Positions 58,303 to 64,000 of a stretch of 64,000 bases of DNA are shown one piece after another. Made by a program: the position numbers and the translations under genes. The notes under the pieces are model-generated. The model was not told where the DNA came from and made no database searches. It saw only the letters and a program-made list of their open reading frames with translations. The stretch lies in the NCBI RefSeq assembly GCF_022846255.1, contig NZ_AP025682.1; one strand, written 5' to 3'. Within the stretch, counting starts at the first letter, position 1. Every line of letters begins with the position of its first letter. The DNA comes from Escherichia coli (GTDB lineage Bacteria > Pseudomonadota > Gammaproteobacteria > Enterobacterales > Enterobacteriaceae).

Positions 58303-59294
58303 GCGACGATTTCACTCAGGCGCAGGAACCCCCCTGGCGTTACGGTTTTCTGAACCTGATGCGCCGCGTGGATGTGCAGTTGTGTACTGTTCCGGCAGGC
58401 AACACCTGGCAACCACGGATGGAAAAATTTCGCCTCGGACAAACTCCCGCGCTGACCTTTGCGCCACGGGAAATCGCCAGTGTGAGCTGGCAGGAAGAGC
58501 GGCTGCACATCAGTTTGTACAGTCTCGGGCTGTGGGGGCCGAACGGTCCACTGCCGCTGCACTACACCGAACTGGCGCGCAACCGGACTGAAAGCCGAAG
58601 AGACCCGACGCTAACCCGTTTTTCTGATCTTTTTCATCACCGCTGGCTGACGCAGTTTTACCAGGCATGGCGCAGCGCCCAGTCCGCTGGGGGCGGTCTG
58701 GATAAACCACAACATGACCGTTTTGCCTTTTATATCGCCAGCCTCAGCGGGCAGGATTTGCGGGAGAGCGCCGACAGCCCGTTGCCGGATCACGCTCGCC
58801 TGGCGGCATCGGCCCATCTGGTGCGTGAGTCCCGCAATCCGGACGGTCTGGCCACCACGCTGGCGCACTATTTCGGTGTACCTTTCCGGATACAGGAGTA
58901 TGTCCTGCACTGGATAGCCGTGGCGGACGATGAGATCACCCGGCTGGGGATGCCAGCCCCCTCTTCCGTTATTGGCAACGGTGCACTCATCGGCCAGGCC
59001 GTGCCGGACATGCAGTATAAGTTCCGGCTGGTTATCGGCCCGCTGACGCTGGAGGATTACCGACGTTTTCTGCCTGGCGGCAATAACCTGCCAGTCCTGA
59101 CAGAACTGGTCCGCGCCTTTAGCGGTTTTGAATACTGCTGGGAAATTGAGCTACAGCTAAAGCCCCACGCCGCCCCTCCGGCTGTTACCGGTGGTTCGTA
59201 CCAACTGGGCTGGACCGCATGGGCGGGTAAAGCCATGCACGAAAACCCGGTGACGGGCATGATTTTCGAACCAGAACACTACCTGGCGCACTGA
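58299..59294 (+). CDS. tssG: T6SS baseplate protein TssG
   Basis: 331 aa; overlaps the tssF stop; TssG-like N-terminus. Confidence 0.85.
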   Translation: MSDDFTQAQEPPWRYGFLNLMRRVDVQLCTVPAGNTWQPRMEKFRLGQTPALTFAPREIASVSWQEERLHISLYSLGLWGPNGPLPLHYTELARNRTESRRDPTLTRFSDLFHHRWLTQFYQAWRSAQSAGGGLDKPQHDRFAFYIASLSGQDLRESADSPLPDHARLAASAHLVRESRNPDGLATTLAHYFGVPFRIQEYVLHWIAVADDEITRLGMPAPSSVIGNGALIGQAVPDMQYKFRLVIGPLTLEDYRRFLPGGNNLPVLTELVRAFSGFEYCWEIELQLKPHAAPPAVTGGSYQLGWTAWAGKAMHENPVTGMIFEPEHYLAH

Positions 59295-59304
59295 GGATAA
59301 TTTA

Positions 59305-60351
59305 ATGGATACATCCCTGTCTGACCCAATTTCGGAAGAATGCCCCTGCGGCCCGGATCTGGAGTACGATCCGGAATACCTGCTACTGTTCACGCGCGCC
59401 GCACAGCGTGAAGAAGCGCAATACGGCGATTTTGTCAGTACGCCGGAAACCATTAACTGGGCGGAGCTTGAGCGGGATGCCTGCCGCCTACTGACGCGCA
59501 GCAAAGATATCCGCATTCTGGTTGTCCTGCTGCGCTGCCGTATCCAGCAGGCCGGTGTCAGGGGACTGGCGGAGGCGCTCGCGCTGCTGGAAACGTTGTG
59601 CGCTACGTACCCGAACGCCATCCACCCGCAACTGCTCGCGACTGAAGATATCACCGCCGAAGAGGCGGCAGTGGCACGTAGTAACGCCCTGGCGGCGTTG
59701 CTGGACCATGAAGGCGTAATAGCGGATATTCGTGGCATTACACTGTCAAACAATGCTGCCATACGCCTTCAGGTACGGGATGTGGAGCGTTCGCTGTCTG
59801 CATCACGCCCGGCGGATGCGCTGGCACCAGAATCGGTACGCCAGCAACTGGCCGACCTGGAGGCGCGCGGCACACTGCCGCTGGATGCCTTTCGCCAGGC
59901 CGCAGAGACCACTGAGCGGCTGCAACGCCATGCGCGTGAAACGCTGAATGACCAGGCACCGAACCTATCCCGTCTGACACAATTGCTGGCCCTGTTGCCG
60001 GGAGCGATACGGACCACCACGCCGGAGATCCTGCCACAACCAGTGGCTGAACAGGCGGAGAGCACCACCATCGTTCATACTGAACAGATATCATCAGAGC
60101 AGATTGCGCTACCGGTGCATATCGCGGAGGAAATATCACCGATGTCCGGCGCAGAACCCCGGCAGATCCGCGACCGGAACGACGCGCTGGAACGCCTGCG
60201 TGTCATCCGTCGCTGGTTTGAGCACAGCGAACCGAGCAGCCCGACCATTCCTTTGCTGCGCCAGGCAGAACGCCTGGTCGGAAAACGCTTCTCGGAGGTA
60301 ATAAATGAAATTCCAGTAGAACTGCTGGAAAAATGGGATGCGCTGGAGTAA
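59305..60351 (+). CDS. tssA: T6SS protein TssA (ImpA N-terminal domain)
   Basis: 348 aa; ImpA_N-like N-terminus (CPCGPDLEYDPEY...). Confidence 0.85.
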   Translation: MDTSLSDPISEECPCGPDLEYDPEYLLLFTRAAQREEAQYGDFVSTPETINWAELERDACRLLTRSKDIRILVVLLRCRIQQAGVRGLAEALALLETLCATYPNAIHPQLLATEDITAEEAAVARSNALAALLDHEGVIADIRGITLSNNAAIRLQVRDVERSLSASRPADALAPESVRQQLADLEARGTLPLDAFRQAAETTERLQRHARETLNDQAPNLSRLTQLLALLPGAIRTTTPEILPQPVAEQAESTTIVHTEQISSEQIALPVHIAEEISPMSGAEPRQIRDRNDALERLRVIRRWFEHSEPSSPTIPLLRQAERLVGKRFSEVINEIPVELLEKWDALE

Positions 60352-60357
60352 CAGAAG

Positions 60358-60389
60358 TGGCCAGAATTTATATTATCTGGCCATTTTTT
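60358..60389 (+). terminator. Rho-independent terminator after tssA
   Basis: tggccaga...tctggcca stem-loop followed by TTTTTT. Confidence 0.65.
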
Positions 60390-60435
60390 AAATCATATTC
60401 GTTTTACTTGCGGAGTGAAAAATTCTCGCTTCACC

Positions 60436-60468
60436 AAAACGACGAAAGCCCGAATCAGTAATGATTCG
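60436..60468 (-). terminator. Hairpin downstream of aspV (tRNA terminator)
   Basis: aaagcccgaatc-agtaat-gattcgggcttt perfect stem-loop just 3' of the tRNA on the minus strand. Confidence 0.6.
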
Positions 60469-60482
60469 GGCTTTCTGAATAT

Positions 60483-60559
60483 TGGCGGAACGGACGGGAC
60501 TCGAACCCGCGACCCCCTGCGTGACAGGCAGGTATTCTAACCGACTGAACTACCGCTCC
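60483..60559 (-). tRNA. aspV: tRNA-Asp (GUC anticodon)
   Basis: Reverse complement is GGAGCGGTAGTTCAGTCGGTTAGAATACCTGCCTGTCACGCAGGGGGTCGCGGGTTCGAGTCCCGTCCGTTCCGCCA, the E. coli tRNA-Asp sequence with CCA end. Confidence 0.95.
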
Positions 60560-60691
60560 GCGTTGTGTTCCGTTGGGAACGAGGCGAATATTACGGATTG
60601 CCTCACCCTTCGTCAACGGTTTTTCTCATCTTTTGAATCGTTTGCTGCAAAAATCGCCCAAGTCGCTAATTTTAGCGCCTTTTACAGGTAT

Positions 60692-61423
60692 TTATGCCCG
60701 CCAGAGGCAGCTTCCGCCCTTTTTCTGCACCAGATCGAGACGGGCTTCATGTGCTGCAAGCTCTTCATCTGTCGCAAAAACAACGCGTAACTTACTTGCC
60801 TGACGCACAATGCGCTGAATTGTTGTTTCACCTTGTTGCTGTTGTGTCTCTCCTTCCATCGCAAAAGCCATCGACGTTTGACCACCGGTCATCGCCAGAT
60901 AAACTTCCGCAAGGATCTGGGCATCGAGTAATGCCCCATGCAGCGTTCGTTTACTGTTATCTATTTCGTAGCGGGCACATAACGCATCGAGGCTGTTGCG
61001 TTTACCGGGAAACATTTTCCTCGCCACCGCAAGGCTATCGGTGACCTTACAGAAGGTATTGGTCTTCGGAATATCGCGCTTAAGCAACGAAAACTCGTAG
61101 TCCATAAAGCCGATATCGAACGTTGCGTTATGGATCACCAGCTCCGCGCCGCGGATATAGTCCATGAACTCATCGGCGACCTCGGCAAACGTGGGCTTAT
61201 CGAGCAAAAATTCATCGGCAATACCATGTACGCCAAAGGCTTCCGGATCCACCAGCCGATCGGGTTTGAGATAAACATGGAAGTTATTGCCCGTCAGGCG
61301 ACGGTTCACCACTTCAACGGCACCAATCTCAATGATCTTGTGGCCTTCATAGTGCGCACCAATCTGGTTCATACCGGTGGTTTCGGTATCGAGAACGATC
61401 TGGCGTGTAATTGCAGTGCTCAT
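60692..61423 (-). CDS. dnaQ: DNA polymerase III epsilon subunit (proofreading exonuclease)
   Basis: [17 protein letters not shown]... DEDDh exonuclease motifs; ORF track start at 61432 is 9 nt upstream. Confidence 0.9.
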   Translation of the reverse strand: MSTAITRQIVLDTETTGMNQIGAHYEGHKIIEIGAVEVVNRRLTGNNFHVYLKPDRLVDPEAFGVHGIADEFLLDKPTFAEVADEFMDYIRGAELVIHNATFDIGFMDYEFSLLKRDIPKTNTFCKVTDSLAVARKMFPGKRNSLDALCARYEIDNSKRTLHGALLDAQILAEVYLAMTGGQTSMAFAMEGETQQQQGETTIQRIVRQASKLRVVFATDEELAAHEARLDLVQKKGGSCLWRA

Positions 61424-61487
61424 AGCGGTCATTTATGTCAGACTTGTCGTTTTACAGTTCGATTCAATTACAGGAAGTCTACCAGAG

Positions 61488-61955
61488 ATGCTTAAACAGG
61501 TAGAAATTTTCACCGATGGTTCGTGTCTGGGTAATCCTGGACCTGGGGGTTACGGCGCTATTTTACGCTATCGCGGACACGAGAAAACCTTTAGCGCTGG
61601 CTACACCCGCACCACCAACAACCGTATGGAGTTGATGGCCGCTATTGTCGCGCTGGAGGCGTTAAAAGAACATTGCGAAGTCATTTTGAGTACCGACAGC
61701 CAGTATGTCCGCCAGGGTATCACCCAGTGGATCCATAACTGGAAAAAACGTGGCTGGAAAACAGCAGACAAAAAACCAGTAAAAAATGTCGATCTCTGGC
61801 AACGTCTTGATGCTGCGCTGGGGCAGCATCAAATCAAATGGGAATGGGTTAAAGGCCATGCCGGTCATCCAGAAAACGAACGTTGCGATGAACTGGCTCG
61901 TGCCGCAGCGATGAATCCCACACTGGAAGATACGGGCTATCAAGTCGAAGTTTAA
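61488..61955 (+). CDS. rnhA: Ribonuclease HI
   Basis: [23 protein letters not shown]... 155 aa; divergent from dnaQ; ORF track start at 61377 is upstream of the real ATG. Confidence 0.9.
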   Translation: MLKQVEIFTDGSCLGNPGPGGYGAILRYRGHEKTFSAGYTRTTNNRMELMAAIVALEALKEHCEVILSTDSQYVRQGITQWIHNWKKRGWKTADKKPVKNVDLWQRLDAALGQHQIKWEWVKGHAGHPENERCDELARAAAMNPTLEDTGYQVEV

Positions 61956-62674
61956 GCCTGTGGTTTACGACATTGCCGGGTGGCTCCAACCGCCTGGCGA
62001 ATTCGTGGCTTGTTTTTACTCTGTTTCATCGGATTTAGCGTTAAAGGAATAGTCCGTTTCCGGGCGACAATAAGTTGTAAGCAACCAAGCGCAGGAATAT
62101 GCGCATTCAATAGTTTTCCACCGTGTTTGTTCCACGGGAGAACGTGGAAACGGCTGGCGTGTAGCACTTCAAAATTCAACAAAGAGAGCCAGTCCAGCTG
62201 CCGCATCAGAGTAAACATCCGGCTGTTATAGGGCGATGTTTTGCGCAATACCGGCACAAGTTTGCGTAATCCCATTAAACTGATGGGATTGAAGCCACTA
62301 ATCACCAGCCAACCATCATCAATCAGTACCCGATCGGCTTCACGCAATAAACGATGCGGATCAGTGCACCACGGCAATGTATGTGCCAGTAGACAAACAT
62401 CAACGGATTTATCGGCAAAAGGAAGATGAAGTGGGTCCGCCTGCACCTGGACGGGCATTCCTTGCGCAGAAACATTCACTTGATGAGAAACCGCGCACGC
62501 TTCGCAATTGATTTCTGCGCTTAAATTGCCAATCTTAAGCAGATGAAAACCATACATTTTAGTGAACCACGGGTTGAGCTGACGCTCCAGCGCCTTGCGA
62601 TAAAGCTCTCCCCAGGGCAAATCGCCCCAGCAATCAGGAGCCACGACAGTTTGAGGGACTCTTGCCGGTTTCAT
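61952..62674 (-). CDS. yafS: SAM-dependent methyltransferase YafS
   Basis: 240 aa from [10 protein letters not shown]; class I methyltransferase-like. Confidence 0.8.
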   Translation of the reverse strand: MKPARVPQTVVAPDCWGDLPWGELYRKALERQLNPWFTKMYGFHLLKIGNLSAEINCEACAVSHQVNVSAQGMPVQVQADPLHLPFADKSVDVCLLAHTLPWCTDPHRLLREADRVLIDDGWLVISGFNPISLMGLRKLVPVLRKTSPYNSRMFTLMRQLDWLSLLNFEVLHASRFHVLPWNKHGGKLLNAHIPALGCLQLIVARKRTIPLTLNPMKQSKNKPRIRQAVGATRQCRKPQA

Positions 62675-62704
62675 CACAACCTTCCGTTTCACACTGAGAG
62701 GTAA

Positions 62705-63463
<759 letters not shown>

Positions 63464-63534
63464 TAAAACTTTCTTGTCATCGGCTCCGTTCGCCGTTATG
63501 ATCGGTCGTCTTTTAAGCAACTATTGACACACAC

Positions 63535-64000
63535 ATGAAGGCAAAAGCGATATTACTCGCCTCTGTCCTGCTCGTGGGTTGCCAGAGCACCGGCAACGTT
63601 CAACAGCACGCACAGAGCCTTTCTGCAGCTGGTCAAGGGGAAGCAGCAAAGTTTACAAGTCAGGCACGATGGATGGACGATGGGACGTCTATCGCGCCAG
63701 ATGGTGACTTGTGGGCTTTCATTGGCGACGAGCTAAAGATGGGAATTCCGGAAAACGACCGGATTCGCGAACAGAAACAGAAATATTTACGCAATAAGAG
63801 CTATCTCCACGATGTAACTTTACGGGCAGAGCCGTATATGTACTGGATAGCCGGGCAAGTTAAAAAACGTAACATGCCTATGGAACTGGTACTACTACCC
63901 ATAGTGGAGAGCGCTTTTGATCCTCACGCAACGTCTGGCGCCAATGCCGCAGGCATCTGGCAGATCATTCCGAGCACGGGGCGCAATTATGGTTTGAAAC
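63535..64000 (+). CDS. mltD: Membrane-bound lytic murein transglycosylase D, 3' end beyond window
   Basis: Lipoprotein signal LLVGCQS, followed by lytic transglycosylase N-terminal region; open to window end. Confidence 0.8.
   Translation, partial: MKAKAILLASVLLVGCQSTGNVQQHAQSLSAAGQGEAAKFTSQARWMDDGTSIAPDGDLWAFIGDELKMGIPENDRIREQKQKYLRNKSYLHDVTLRAEPYMYWIAGQVKKRNMPMELVLLPIVESAFDPHATSGANAAGIWQIIPSTGRNYGLK

Overview
Enterobacterial (Escherichia coli-like) chromosomal segment with conserved housekeeping genes at both ends (gmhA, fadE, ivy, yafV on one side; aspV tRNA, dnaQ, rnhA, yafS, gloB, mltD on the other) and two large accessory regions between and beside them. (1) Positions 1-23072 hold most of a Flag-2 lateral-flagella locus: lfgG-F-E-D-C-B, divergent lfgA-M-N, a variable region with glycosylation-type genes, then lafK-lfiEFGHIJ and lfiMNPQR-lfhBA, punctuated by REP elements and a sigma-54 promoter. 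(2) Positions ~30550-60480 are a genomic island abutting the 3' end of tRNA-Asp, carrying a complete-looking SPI-6-like type VI secretion system core in two divergent operons (fha-tagJ-tssEFGA on +, clpV-tssBC-hcp-tssJKL-tssM-tagF on -). At least six small putative effector/immunity cassettes are interleaved with or follow the core genes, and the island ends in two tandem H-repeat (ISAs1-family) elements, one inactivated by a nonsense mutation. No vgrG/PAAR spike gene is present in the window. The least-characterised content is the effector array distal to tssM (Tae4-like, GH73-like, HExxH zincin candidates, with a duplication footprint of the tagF 3' end) and the Flag-2 variable region with a fused multidomain glycosyltransferase plus a TagD-like cytidylyltransferase. 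All assignments come from reading the translated ORFs and sequence motifs; no database search was run, and comparisons to K-12 or Salmonella are from memory.
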